From a bacterium (GTDB taxonomy: Bacteria; UBA10199; 2-02-FULL-50-16; JAJFLM01), in contig CBDCFN010000016.1 in NCBI GenBank assembly GCA_965216315.1, positions 1,888,001-1,952,000 on the forward strand: 64,000 nt of DNA, read 5' to 3'. Below the pieces are notes generated by a model. It did no database searches. It had not been told where the DNA came from and was given only the letters and a program-made list of their open reading frames with translations. Positions within the stretch are counted from its first letter, which is position 1. Every line of letters starts with the position of its first letter. Below, in pieces: positions 10,192 through 18,904 of this stretch. The translations under genes and the position numbers were made by a program.

Positions 10192-10908
10192 TTAGGCATA
10201 CTTTTCAAAATGAACTTGTTTGTCATCAAAGCCCATTCCAAGTGCGGTTTCTTGAACGGCATTGACCATGGGACTGAGCCCGCAAACGTAGATTTGCTTG
10301 CCCTCAGGTGAGCTAATATATTTCTTTAGTTTCTCTTGGACATACCCCTGTTCACCCGACCATTCTTTAGGCCGGCTGATCGTGGGAACATAGTGAAAGT
10401 TTGGATACTGAGCGGCCAAGGCCTTCCATTCATCATCGTAGAGGATCTCATCTTCGTAGCGAACGCCGAAGATAAGCCAAATTTCCCCATCATACTGAGG
10501 GTTCTCATGGTAGACATTGCGAATCATGCTCCGAAATGGCGCAATGCCCGTCCCCGTCGCTATAAAAATGAGGTCATTCTCAATCGGTTCTGGCAGCACA
10601 AATTTTCCATAAGGCCCAGCCAACCTAACTTGATCCCCTTCATTGAGTGACCAAAACCAGGTCGTGGCCAACCCACCCTCGACCAACTTGACACAGAGAT
10701 CGACATATTCCGTTTCGAAGGGCGAAGACGCAATCGAGTAGGCTTTCTTTTTTATCTTCTCGCCGTCGGGAACTTCTATCATTGAAAATTGCCCCGATTT
10801 AAAGGAGAATCCCTGCCCGGAAGTATAGCGCATGCGAAAGGTACGCACGGTGGGAGTCAGTTTCCATATCTTTTCGACCGTCGCACTTTGATGTTCAATT
10901 TTCGGCAT
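10192..10908 (-). CDS. ferredoxin-NAD(P)+ reductase family FAD oxidoreductase
   Basis: KAYSIASSP, GPYG, ATGTGIAPF, YVCG and C-terminal FEKY; start moved to MPKIEH (10908) to avoid overlap with queG. Confidence 0.88.
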   Translation of the reverse strand: MPKIEHQSATVEKIWKLTPTVRTFRMRYTSGQGFSFKSGQFSMIEVPDGEKIKKKAYSIASSPFETEYVDLCVKLVEGGLATTWFWSLNEGDQVRLAGPYGKFVLPEPIENDLIFIATGTGIAPFRSMIRNVYHENPQYDGEIWLIFGVRYEDEILYDDEWKALAAQYPNFHYVPTISRPKEWSGEQGYVQEKLKKYISSPEGKQIYVCGLSPMVNAVQETALGMGFDDKQVHFEKYA

Positions 10909-10929
10909 AGCGCGGCAAGCTAATATATT

Positions 10930-11874
10930 ATGCAACACAAATCCAGTACAGATCGCATTAAGCAAAAGGGACGTGAGCTCGGCTTTGATCTCATTGGCAT
11001 CAGTTCCGCGGAACCCCATGTGGACATTGGATTTTTTGATCGATGGCTCGAAAAAAAACACGATGGCACCATGGCGTATTTAAAGCGGCGGCGCGATGAC
11101 CGCGCCGATTTGAAGCGCCTCCTTCCTTCAGTTAAGAGTCTTATTTGCTGCGGTATTAATTATTACGGTGGCGAGACTCCCTCACTAGAGCTCCGCAAAA
11201 AGGGGCATGGATGGATATCACGTTATGCCTGGGGTGATGATTACCATGACGTCGTTCTGAAAAAATTACAGGAATTGGAAGTTTTTATAGTTAATGAAAT
11301 CGACCCAATAGCCGAACTCAAATCATACGTTGATACAGGCCCCATCCTTGAACGCAGCTACGCGGCTCAAGCCGGACTCGGCTGGATCGGAAAAAACACG
11401 CTGTTGATTAATCAGGAAATCGGCTCCTATTTTTTCATTGGCGAGATACTCTGCAGCCTCGAACTGGAAACGGATGCACCCACTCCCGACCACTGTGGTT
11501 CCTGTAGTCTCTGCATGGATAGCTGTCCAACGGATGCGCTGACGCCCTACGAATTGGATGCAACCCGGTGCATATCTTACCTAACCATTGAACATCGCGG
11601 TGATATCCCCAGCGAGTTAAACAACCCTATTGATCATCATATCGTAGGTTGCGATATCTGCCAGGAAGTCTGCCCTTGGAACCGGACCATTCCGCTAAGC
11701 CATGAAGTTGCCTTTAAACCGCGCGAACAGCTCTTGCATCCCAAACTCGAGTACTTGGAAAACCTGAGTGAAGAAGAGTTCCGCCAGGTATTCCGTAAAA
11801 GCGCCGTAAAACGAACCAAATGGCAGGGATTGCAACGTAACCTCAAGATCGTTCGCGGAAACCAGGTAAGTTGA
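10930..11874 (+). CDS. queG: epoxyqueuosine reductase
   Basis: ISRYAWGDDYH, YVDTGP, GLGWIGKN, CGSCSLCMDSCP, RCISYLTIE and GCDICQEVCPWN motifs. Confidence 0.95.
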   Translation: MQHKSSTDRIKQKGRELGFDLIGISSAEPHVDIGFFDRWLEKKHDGTMAYLKRRRDDRADLKRLLPSVKSLICCGINYYGGETPSLELRKKGHGWISRYAWGDDYHDVVLKKLQELEVFIVNEIDPIAELKSYVDTGPILERSYAAQAGLGWIGKNTLLINQEIGSYFFIGEILCSLELETDAPTPDHCGSCSLCMDSCPTDALTPYELDATRCISYLTIEHRGDIPSELNNPIDHHIVGCDICQEVCPWNRTIPLSHEVAFKPREQLLHPKLEYLENLSEEEFRQVFRKSAVKRTKWQGLQRNLKIVRGNQVS

Positions 11875-11900
11875 CACATCCCCCTTACCTCACCTATATA
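11871..11900 (+). promoter_or_regulatory. sigma-70-type promoter, probably leaderless transcript
   Basis: TTGACA-N18-TATATA ending 6 nt before GTG 11907; no SD. Confidence 0.45.
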
Positions 11901-11906
11901 TGCGCC

Positions 11907-12266
11907 GTGCCCTACGTCAAATTTGAAAACGAAGGTAAAACCATCGCCTGCAACGCCGGTATCAATCTCCGCAAGCTCGCGAAGGCAAATAAGATCAGCG
12001 TTTATTCAGGCATCCATAAGCTGATCAATTGCCACGGCAACGGCATGTGCACCTCCTGTGAAGTGGAAATCGTTGACGGAAATCGGATTAACCAGCGGAC
12101 CCGCATGGAAGAGGTCCAGTTGGCGGGTCATCCCCTAGAGAGACGCCTCGCATGCCAAGTCACCATCCATGGCAACCTAACGGTTCGTACCCACCCACCG
12201 AAGTGGGAGGCACCTGTAGACGAAACCACTGAAACAGCAGATGAGGCCCCCGAAGACGCTGCTTAA
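11907..12266 (+). CDS. 2Fe-2S ferredoxin
   Basis: NCHGNGMCTSC...RLACQ; GTG start (VPYVKFE) preferred. Confidence 0.88.
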   Translation: MPYVKFENEGKTIACNAGINLRKLAKANKISVYSGIHKLINCHGNGMCTSCEVEIVDGNRINQRTRMEEVQLAGHPLERRLACQVTIHGNLTVRTHPPKWEAPVDETTETADEAPEDAA

Positions 12267-12270
12267 AATG

Positions 12271-12322
12271 ATGTGGAGCTGAGGGGGATCGAACCCCTGA
12301 CCTCGTGATTGCGAACCACGCG
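12271..12322 (-). repeat. 52-bp duplicate of the tRNA-Ala 3' portion (att-like direct repeat)
   Basis: Identical to 12522-12573; lacks the 5' acceptor strand and D-arm. Confidence 0.9.
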
Positions 12323-12334
12323 TGCTTCATACTG

Positions 12335-12403
12335 GGGGCTTGCGTCGCCCCCTCCGCCGGCAAAGCCGTCGGAGCCTCCCCCTCTCGCTCACGTTGTTCG
12401 CTA
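12335..12403. repeat. 69-bp REP-like element, family A copy 1
   Basis: 63/69 identical to 53112-53180; two hairpins. Confidence 0.85.
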
Positions 12404-12453
12404 AAGAGCGCGTAATAATTTGTTAAAAGTGATCCAACGATGGGGGGATGTAA

Positions 12454-12486
12454 GGGGGGAGAGAGTTTTTCTCACCCCCTTACTAT
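12454..12486. repeat. GC-rich hairpin repeat, family B copy 2
   Basis: GGGGGGAGAGAG-tttt-TCTCACCCCCTTACTAT; similar to 9221-9249. Confidence 0.55.
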
Positions 12487-12524
12487 AGCGAAACGGAAGC
12501 TGCGCTTTCGTTTCGCGAATAATG

Positions 12525-12597
12525 TGGAGCTGAGGGGGATCGAACCCCTGACCTCGTGATTGCGAACCACGCGCTCTCCCAACTGAGCTACAGCCCC
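12525..12597 (-). tRNA. tRNA-Ala (anticodon CGC), CCA not encoded
   Basis: GGGGCTGTAGCTCAGTTGGGAGAGCGCGTGGTT-CGC-AATCACGAGGTCAGGGGTTCGATCCCCCTCAGCTCCA folds as a cloverleaf with G3:U70. Confidence 0.95.
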
Positions 12598-12613
12598 GAA
12601 CACCTTAGATATC

Positions 12614-13537
12614 CTAAACAGCTAATCTTAATTTATCAATTAAATGGCGCATGTCTTTAGGCAATTCGCTGACAAACTTCATCGCCTTGCCGGTGAGTGG
12701 ATGCTTAAACGCCAACATAGAAGCGTGCAAGGCTTGGCGCTTGATGTAGCGCTGGAATTTAGGAGTCTGCAATCCGTAGCGTTTATCGGCCCAGACCGGA
12801 TGACCGATATGGGCGAGGTGCACGCGGATCTGGTGAGTACGACCGGTGCGTGGAATGATATCCAGCAAGGTGGCCTCACCATAGCGCTCAAGCACACGAT
12901 ACTCGGTCACCGCGGGTTTACCCGTTCCTTTGGTGTTCACTCTCACCTTCCCCCCGCCCCGTTGGTCACTTTTTTCAATAAATGTTTTGATCACGCCATT
13001 TTCACGTTCCACCGCCCCGGCCACGACAGTCTGATAACGACGTTGTATTTGATGGCTTTTGAATTGGCGCGATAATTTATTAGCCGATTTTTGTTTTGAA
13101 TAAACCATGAGCCCCGAGGTCTCCGTATCCAGGCGATGAATCAATCCCAAGTAAGGCTGATACTCTTCGGGGTTATTTTCGCGGAGATAATTATTGATAA
13201 TCTGAACCAGCGATGGCTTGAGCGCCAGCGGCGACGCCTCACAGGAGATACCGGCATCTTTATCCACCACGATGATGGCCTCATCTTCATAGACCACCTT
13301 CAAAAAGAATTTTGAGACGTCGACATCAACCTCGGCATCGGCAGCGACCTTGACCTCATCGCCGGCCTTGAGCTCCCAAGAGGCGATGATGGCCTTCCGG
13401 CCGTTGACGCGCACCCGCCCGGCATCCAGCAGGCGCTTAACGGCTTTGCGGGAGCAGTCAGGCAATTGCTCCTTGAGAAAGAGGTCCAGCCGGCTCCCCG
13501 CGGCCTTTGGTGAGACTTTGATCAAATCCAAATCCAT
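12614..13537 (-). CDS. RluA-family pseudouridine synthase with S4 domain (RluD-like)
   Basis: RLDLFL S4 domain, [20 protein letters not shown] and RQALHA motifs. Confidence 0.92.
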   Translation of the reverse strand: MDLDLIKVSPKAAGSRLDLFLKEQLPDCSRKAVKRLLDAGRVRVNGRKAIIASWELKAGDEVKVAADAEVDVDVSKFFLKVVYEDEAIIVVDKDAGISCEASPLALKPSLVQIINNYLRENNPEEYQPYLGLIHRLDTETSGLMVYSKQKSANKLSRQFKSHQIQRRYQTVVAGAVERENGVIKTFIEKSDQRGGGKVRVNTKGTGKPAVTEYRVLERYGEATLLDIIPRTGRTHQIRVHLAHIGHPVWADKRYGLQTPKFQRYIKRQALHASMLAFKHPLTGKAMKFVSELPKDMRHLIDKLRLAV

Positions 13538-13593
13538 GCGCGCTTATTGCTAATTTCCCCTTCAAAATCAAGAAGATCCCGCGTTTTATTTTC

Positions 13594-13621
13594 CACAACT
13601 TTAACTTTTCTGCTCCGATAA
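13594..13621 (+). promoter_or_regulatory. alternative-sigma-like promoter CACAAC-N14-TCCGATAA
   Basis: CACAACtttaacttttctgcTCCGATAA, 20 nt before ATG 13642. Confidence 0.5.
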
Positions 13622-13641
13622 TAAACCCCGAGGGCATACTT

Positions 13642-14196
13642 ATGGGCGATGGAGCCAGAGGATATGTCGGTCTTGATGCCGGCGCAACATACGTCATACC
13701 CACGACACCGACCCCCAGTCAGCAGTGGGGGTTCAGCAGCACCGCACGTGTCGGTGGTGACTTCCGGCTCACGCAGGAGTCAACCCGACCTCTTCTCATC
13801 GTCGAAGGCACGGGGCTGCTCCACATCGGACCATCTACCCGAGTCGGCGCTGGCGCCCTTCAGCTTGGGCTTGGCCTTGAAACCAAAGGCTTCTTTCTTA
13901 GAGCGCTCGGAGGCCCCCTTTTCTATGGAGGCACTCCGCTCGGCTGGATTGGTGGCTTGGGCCGCGCCGAACTAGGCTTTCATGTAGGGCCCCATGTTGC
14001 GATCACGACAGGCCTGCTATTCGCTGGCCTGCCGGACAGCGCGTCTTCAAGCAGCTCTCGTGACAAGACGGAGTGCAGTCTTGAATATCCCTATCTCTGC
14101 GACACCAAGACGATCACAACCACCTCGCGTCATGATGCCTTCGCGATTGGCTTCAATCTCGGCATCCAAGTCTTCTTCGGGTCTCCGAATTTTTAG
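13642..14196 (+). CDS. hypothetical Gly-rich protein, beta-barrel-like, no signal peptide
   Basis: GAGG SD; alternating Gly/hydrophobic strands ending GFNLGIQVFF; loop with a Cys pair. Confidence 0.6.
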   Translation: MGDGARGYVGLDAGATYVIPTTPTPSQQWGFSSTARVGGDFRLTQESTRPLLIVEGTGLLHIGPSTRVGAGALQLGLGLETKGFFLRALGGPLFYGGTPLGWIGGLGRAELGFHVGPHVAITTGLLFAGLPDSASSSSSRDKTECSLEYPYLCDTKTITTTSRHDAFAIGFNLGIQVFFGSPNF

Positions 14197-14235
14197 TTTA
14201 CACGATAACCCCGCAATGATACTTAGAGGATCCTT

Positions 14236-14718
14236 ATGTCAAACTACTCGCTGAACAATTTGAGCTTCGAAATTCCCAATAACTGGCAAGATCAAGGAAT
14301 GTTGACCTTCACACTCCCTTCACCGGATAAAAACGTGAAGCCGAACGTTATCTTGACTAAAGAGCGGCTGATGCAGGAAATCAGCCTCAAAGACTACTTT
14401 GAACGGATTAAGCAGGCCGTCGCCAAGCGTGGCATCAAAGACTTCAAGGTCGAAGATGAACGCCAAATCGAGGTTAATGGGGTTCAAGCCATGCTGATGG
14501 TCTGTTCCTGGGATGTTTCGTCGATGAAGCAGATGCTCGGGGATGGCCAGAAAGAGCAGCTTGATAATCTCAAGCCCGGCCAGATCGTCAAACAGGTTCA
14601 GGTCAGCATGATCCACGACGGAACCGCGGTCAACATGACGGCGAGCTTCCCGGCAGAGCAATTCGATCTATATTTCAGGCCTTTCAAGCAGTTTATGGGT
14701 ACGATTAGCTTTAGCTAA
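14236..14718 (+). CDS. DcrB/DUF1795-like (PsbP/Mog1 fold) protein
   Basis: YxLNxxSFEIPxxWQDQ N-terminus; N-V-I-L-T-K-E strand; VKQVQV...NMTAS C-terminus. Confidence 0.6.
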   Translation: MSNYSLNNLSFEIPNNWQDQGMLTFTLPSPDKNVKPNVILTKERLMQEISLKDYFERIKQAVAKRGIKDFKVEDERQIEVNGVQAMLMVCSWDVSSMKQMLGDGQKEQLDNLKPGQIVKQVQVSMIHDGTAVNMTASFPAEQFDLYFRPFKQFMGTISFS

Positions 14719-14761
14719 TGCATCCGAGTGTATTCATAATCTGAAGACACCCTAGAAAATT

Positions 14762-14789
14762 CGCAACTTTTGAATCGCCCCTCCGAAAT
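14762..14789 (+). promoter_or_regulatory. alternative-sigma-like promoter CGCAAC-N14-TCCGAAAT
   Basis: CGCAACttttgaatcgccccTCCGAAAT upstream of gdhA. Confidence 0.5.
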
Positions 14790-14845
14790 GCCCAGTAGGG
14801 TCATTTAGGTAACGCGCCGCTGTGCGCCTATTCGGGAGGGTCGAT

Positions 14846-16258
14846 ATGAGTTTCGCATTCACTGCGGGAACGTCTTCGCTAAGTCTCGCTTCTACTTCAG
14901 TTCTGGCATCTTCAACCTTTGCAACGGACTTTATGGCTGAGCTCACGGCTAATCATCCTCCTGAGCCGGAGTACTTTCAGGCCGTGCAAGAAGTGGCGCA
15001 CAGCGTTGCGCCCGTTATCGACCAAAATCCTCAATACCGACGCTGGAAGATACTCGAGCGCATCGCGCGTCCCAATCACTCGTCCGGATTTAAAATTACA
15101 TGGGCCGACGGCGACGGAAACGTTCATGTCAATAACGGCTGGCGCATTCAACAAAATAGCGCCCTCGGACCTTATAAAGGCGGTCTCCGTTTCCATTCCT
15201 CTGTCAATTTATCCGTACTGAAATTCTTGGCCTTCGAACAAGTCTTTAAGAACTCTCTGACCGGCTTGAGAATGGGTGGAGCCAAGGGCGGAGCCGACTT
15301 CGACCCCAAAGGCAAATCGGATATGGACGTAATGCGTTTTTGTCATGCCTTTATGATGAAATTAGCCCGACACATTGGACCCAATACCGACGTCCCCGCT
15401 GGAGACATTGGCGTCGGCAAACGCGAGATCGGCTATTTGTATCGGCAGTACATGAAACTACGCCGCGAATATACCGGCGTCATGACAGGCAAGGGAGTTA
15501 ACTGGGGCGGCTCCCTGCTCCGACCTGAAGCCACCGGTTATGGCTCGGTTTATTTCGCTGCAGAGATGTTAGATACACGAAGCGATGCGATTGATGGCAA
15601 ACGAGTTGCCGTTTCGGGCTCGGGTAATGTCGCTCAGTTTACCGCCGAAAAGGTGATTGAACTCGGCGGCCTTGTAGTCACCATGTCCGATTCCGGGGGA
15701 ACCATCGTCGACAATGATGGCATCGATCGTAAAAAACTCGATTGGATCATGGACTGGAAAAACAATCACCGTGGTCGCATTGCAGAGTATGCGGATGAGT
15801 TCAATGGGCCGGCTGTCTCGTACCATGCCGATAAGCGCCCCTGGACCTTAACAGAATTCGAACTCGCCTTCCCGAGTGCGACTCAGAACGAAATCAACGA
15901 AGCGGAAGCCAAGGCAATGATTGCTGGTGGTTGCTTCTTGGTTTCTGAAGGCGCCAATATGCCCTGTGAACCGGGTGCCATTGCCGCCTTGAAAGCCGCG
16001 AATGCCTTGTATGGACCCGGGAAAGCCGCCAATGCCGGTGGCGTCGCCGTCTCGGGACTTGAAATGGCCCAAAACTTTCAGGGAATTGCCTGGACACGCG
16101 AAGAGGTTGATCGCCGCTTAAGGGAAATCATGAAAAACATCCACAGGGCGGCTGTCGAAACGGCTGCACGCTACGGCTCTCCAGGCGACTATGAGGTGGG
16201 CGCCAACATTGCCGGTTTCATCAAAGTCGCTGACGCCATGATCGAGTTGGGTCTGTAG
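14846..16258 (+). CDS. gdhA: NADP-specific glutamate dehydrogenase with Ser-rich N-terminal extension
   Basis: GPYKGGLRF, FKNSLT, GGAKGG, DVPAGDIGVG, SGSGNVA and EGANMP motifs; GGGAGG SD before ATG 14846. Confidence 0.95.
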   Translation: MSFAFTAGTSSLSLASTSVLASSTFATDFMAELTANHPPEPEYFQAVQEVAHSVAPVIDQNPQYRRWKILERIARPNHSSGFKITWADGDGNVHVNNGWRIQQNSALGPYKGGLRFHSSVNLSVLKFLAFEQVFKNSLTGLRMGGAKGGADFDPKGKSDMDVMRFCHAFMMKLARHIGPNTDVPAGDIGVGKREIGYLYRQYMKLRREYTGVMTGKGVNWGGSLLRPEATGYGSVYFAAEMLDTRSDAIDGKRVAVSGSGNVAQFTAEKVIELGGLVVTMSDSGGTIVDNDGIDRKKLDWIMDWKNNHRGRIAEYADEFNGPAVSYHADKRPWTLTEFELAFPSATQNEINEAEAKAMIAGGCFLVSEGANMPCEPGAIAALKAANALYGPGKAANAGGVAVSGLEMAQNFQGIAWTREEVDRRLREIMKNIHRAAVETAARYGSPGDYEVGANIAGFIKVADAMIELGL

Positions 16259-16307
16259 ATTTTCATTGGAATTTGCACCTAATCGCCCATTGAGCTAGAA
16301 GGCTTCT

Positions 16308-16940
16308 ATGTTAGAAGCCAAAGCGATCAAAAGCGTCCTCAAAAAGTTGAAGGACAGCTACCCAGAAGCCACAACGGCTCTCGAGCATCACAACCCCTTT
16401 CAACTGCTGATCGCGACCATCCTATCCGCTCAATGTACGGATAAACGAGTGAATATCGTCACCCCCGCCCTCTTCCGTGACCTGCCAACACCGCAGGCGA
16501 TCGCCAAGGCCGGTGAGGCCAAGTTGACGCCCTACATCAAGACTTGCGGTCTCTATAAGTCCAAGGCACGCAATATCGTGAAATGTTGTCAGCAGTTACT
16601 CGATGATTTCGGCGGAAAAGTCCCGCAGACGATTAAAGAGTTACAGACCTTGGCCGGCGTCGGCAAGAAAACCGCCAATGTCGTCGCGAGTGTCGCCTTC
16701 GAAGTGCCTGCCATTGCCGTCGACACTCACGTCTTTCGCGTCTCCAATCGCATTGGTCTCGCACACGCCAAGGACGTTAAAAAAACGGAAGCACAATTAA
16801 ACGAAAATATTCCGAAAAAAGATTGGCGCCACGCCCACCATTGGTTGATCTATCATGGGCGCAGCATCTGTCATGCGCGGAATCCCAAATGCGAAGCGTG
16901 TCCGGTCAGTCGCTGGTGCCTCTATTACAATCGGACGTAG
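16308..16940 (+). CDS. nth: endonuclease III
   Basis: LSAQCTD, HhH GVGKKTANV, VDTHV and CxxxxxxCxxCxxxxxC cluster. Confidence 0.95.
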   Translation: MLEAKAIKSVLKKLKDSYPEATTALEHHNPFQLLIATILSAQCTDKRVNIVTPALFRDLPTPQAIAKAGEAKLTPYIKTCGLYKSKARNIVKCCQQLLDDFGGKVPQTIKELQTLAGVGKKTANVVASVAFEVPAIAVDTHVFRVSNRIGLAHAKDVKKTEAQLNENIPKKDWRHAHHWLIYHGRSICHARNPKCEACPVSRWCLYYNRT

Positions 16941-17593
16941 CTGTATCCGATCCAATAAACCATCATATTGCCCAGACAATGCCATAAAGACGGTGCCAAA
17001 ATCGTTCCGGTTTTCTCGCGAAGCCAACCGAATAGAAGCGCTGGAAAAAAGATCGCAAAATGCCACCATTGTACGAGGATTACTGAATGAGCGGCGGCAA
17101 ATAACAAACAGGTCAGGATCCAACCCCAACCAAGCTGAACTCCGAAAACCTTCCAACGACTCGCACAGATACGATTCATGCGTTGCTGCAACCAACCTCG
17201 AAAGAAGATCTCTTCCGGAATAGCAACGAGCAGGAATTGATCCAACAAGACCATACCTAAATTGGGCACCATTCTCGGTCGAAATGTCAGCCCGAAGACC
17301 CATTGATGCCAATAGTGACTTCCGATAAGAAAGAGTGGCAAAATAATGAGCGCCGTAATCAAAAACCACTTAAGTGCCCTGATGATATCGGCCGCATTGC
17401 GATCGATATAGGTTATGCGTTGCTTGGTGAAGCTGCTATGAAGAACCGGAACATAGATGAGCAAAACGGCAACAGATAACGGCACAAAAGGCGCAAACCA
17501 CCCCACCCCACGCAGCTCGTAAATCCCTTTAATCAAGGCGATCACGAGGATCAGAATCCCATAGGTTTCCGCTTTATACCTTTTTGATGGCAC
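16925..17593 (-). CDS. CPBP-family intramembrane glutamic endopeptidase (myxosortase-like)
   Basis: EEIFFRGWLQ, FAAAH, FFPALLFGWLREKTG and WHCLGN motifs; GTG 17593 overlaps the lgt stop. Confidence 0.82.
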   Translation of the reverse strand: MPSKRYKAETYGILILVIALIKGIYELRGVGWFAPFVPLSVAVLLIYVPVLHSSFTKQRITYIDRNAADIIRALKWFLITALIILPLFLIGSHYWHQWVFGLTFRPRMVPNLGMVLLDQFLLVAIPEEIFFRGWLQQRMNRICASRWKVFGVQLGWGWILTCLLFAAAHSVILVQWWHFAIFFPALLFGWLREKTGTILAPSLWHCLGNMMVYWIGYSYVRL

Positions 17594-18365
17594 GTTTTTT
17601 AAAGTAAAAATAGAGGCCGATGAAGACGACGGTTCCGACGATGCCGACAATTTGACCTGTCGACAGGAGATTGCCAAACCAGAGCCCTCGATCGGCATCT
17701 CCCCGCCAAAACTCAATGATTCCCCGCGGAATAAAATAGAATAGGAACATCAAGGCGAGCGCTTGACCTGGAAAACGATTGCTCTTCTTAAAATAAAACC
17801 AATTAATTCCCGCAAACAAAATCATCGAATGAAGGGCCGAATAAATTTGCACCGGATGAAGAGCGATATTAGGATAGTAATAATACGCGGTGGCTGCTGG
17901 ATCGGAAAAAACGATCGCCCAAGGGACATCACTTGGCTTCCCATAGCAACACCCCGCCAGCAGACAAGCGACGCGAATTGAAAATTGGATTAAGGGTACT
18001 CCGAGAGCAAGTATATCCAGGTATTTGAGAACAGTTAGTTTTCTGAAGTAAATATAAGCAAAAGCGGAAAGCCCCCCACCAATATAGGCCCCATAACTTA
18101 CAAAACCCCCGCGCCAGAACTCTATAACACGCGCAGGATTTTCAAGATAATAATCAGGTGCCTCAACGACGATGTGAAATATCCGCGCCCCCAGCACGCC
18201 ACACACCATCCCGATCATACCGAGATCGAGAAAGGCTTCACGCTTAAGCCCCACCTTGTCTGCCACCCAATAACAGTAGAACGCGCACGCCAGCGTTCCC
18301 ACCATGATCATAAAGAAAAACGATGGTATCGGGGTATCTCCGATATTGAATAAAAAGGGTCTCAT
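17574..18365 (-). CDS. lgt: prolipoprotein diacylglyceryl transferase, divergent paralogue
   Basis: GARIFH, WRGGFVSYG, GCCYG, HPVQIY and RGIIEFWRGD motifs; start MRPFLF. Confidence 0.85.
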   Translation of the reverse strand: MRPFLFNIGDTPIPSFFFMIMVGTLACAFYCYWVADKVGLKREAFLDLGMIGMVCGVLGARIFHIVVEAPDYYLENPARVIEFWRGGFVSYGAYIGGGLSAFAYIYFRKLTVLKYLDILALGVPLIQFSIRVACLLAGCCYGKPSDVPWAIVFSDPAATAYYYYPNIALHPVQIYSALHSMILFAGINWFYFKKSNRFPGQALALMFLFYFIPRGIIEFWRGDADRGLWFGNLLSTGQIVGIVGTVVFIGLYFYFKKRAIKKV

Positions 18366-18904
18366 TGGTTTTCCGTCTCCCGTTTCTCTTGCTGACCCCG
18401 CTTGGCAATAATCACTAACAGCCAAACCACGGACATCGAAATCGCCATATCCGCTACATTAAAAGAAGGCCATTCTAATTTAAAATGCCAGAAAAAGCGC
18501 CCGAATTCCCACTTAACCCATTCATCATACCAGTGAAAGCTTAAAAAATCGATCACGGCGCCGCGAAAAACGCGATCAAAAATATTCCCGGCGGCTCCAC
18601 CGAGTATGAGTGCCAGGGGAATCTGAATGGATTTATCTTTAAAGGGGACTGACCAATAGTAATACACAATCATAACGACTGCGAGGAGTGAAACCGCCGT
18701 AATAAGGGTAAAGCGCCAGGGATCCGGAAGCGTCCCAAATAAACCAAAAGCGGCCCCTTTATTAGTCACATGAACGATATCAAATATGTTTGGAATGATG
18801 GGAATATCGGTACCATAGGGAATATACAGACTGACGAGCAGCTTCGTGCCCTGATCAAGAGCAAAAACAATAAGTGTCCATAAGAGAAGTCGACGAAGTT
18901 TCAT
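18362..18904 (-). CDS. lspA: signal peptidase II
   Basis: DQGTK, NKGAAFG, GAAGNIFDR, VIDF and FNVAD motifs; ATG overlaps the ileS stop. Confidence 0.95.
   Translation of the reverse strand: MKLRRLLLWTLIVFALDQGTKLLVSLYIPYGTDIPIIPNIFDIVHVTNKGAAFGLFGTLPDPWRFTLITAVSLLAVVMIVYYYWSVPFKDKSIQIPLALILGGAAGNIFDRVFRGAVIDFLSFHWYDEWVKWEFGRFFWHFKLEWPSFNVADMAISMSVVWLLVIIAKRGQQEKRETENQ

Noticed and set aside
10909..11061. Long N-terminal extensions given by the ORF track (also for CPBP, lgt, lspA, hisG, STAS, murD and the third MnhD)
   Set aside because: They overlap neighbouring genes; downstream starts with SD or stop/start coupling fit better.
12271..12345. Second tRNA-Ala gene
   Set aside because: Only the 3' part is present; the 5' acceptor strand and D-arm are replaced by unrelated sequence.
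12160..12363. 67-aa ORF across the tRNA fragment, considered as an integrase remnant
   Set aside because: It merely translates the repeat and tRNA sequence; no recombinase motifs.
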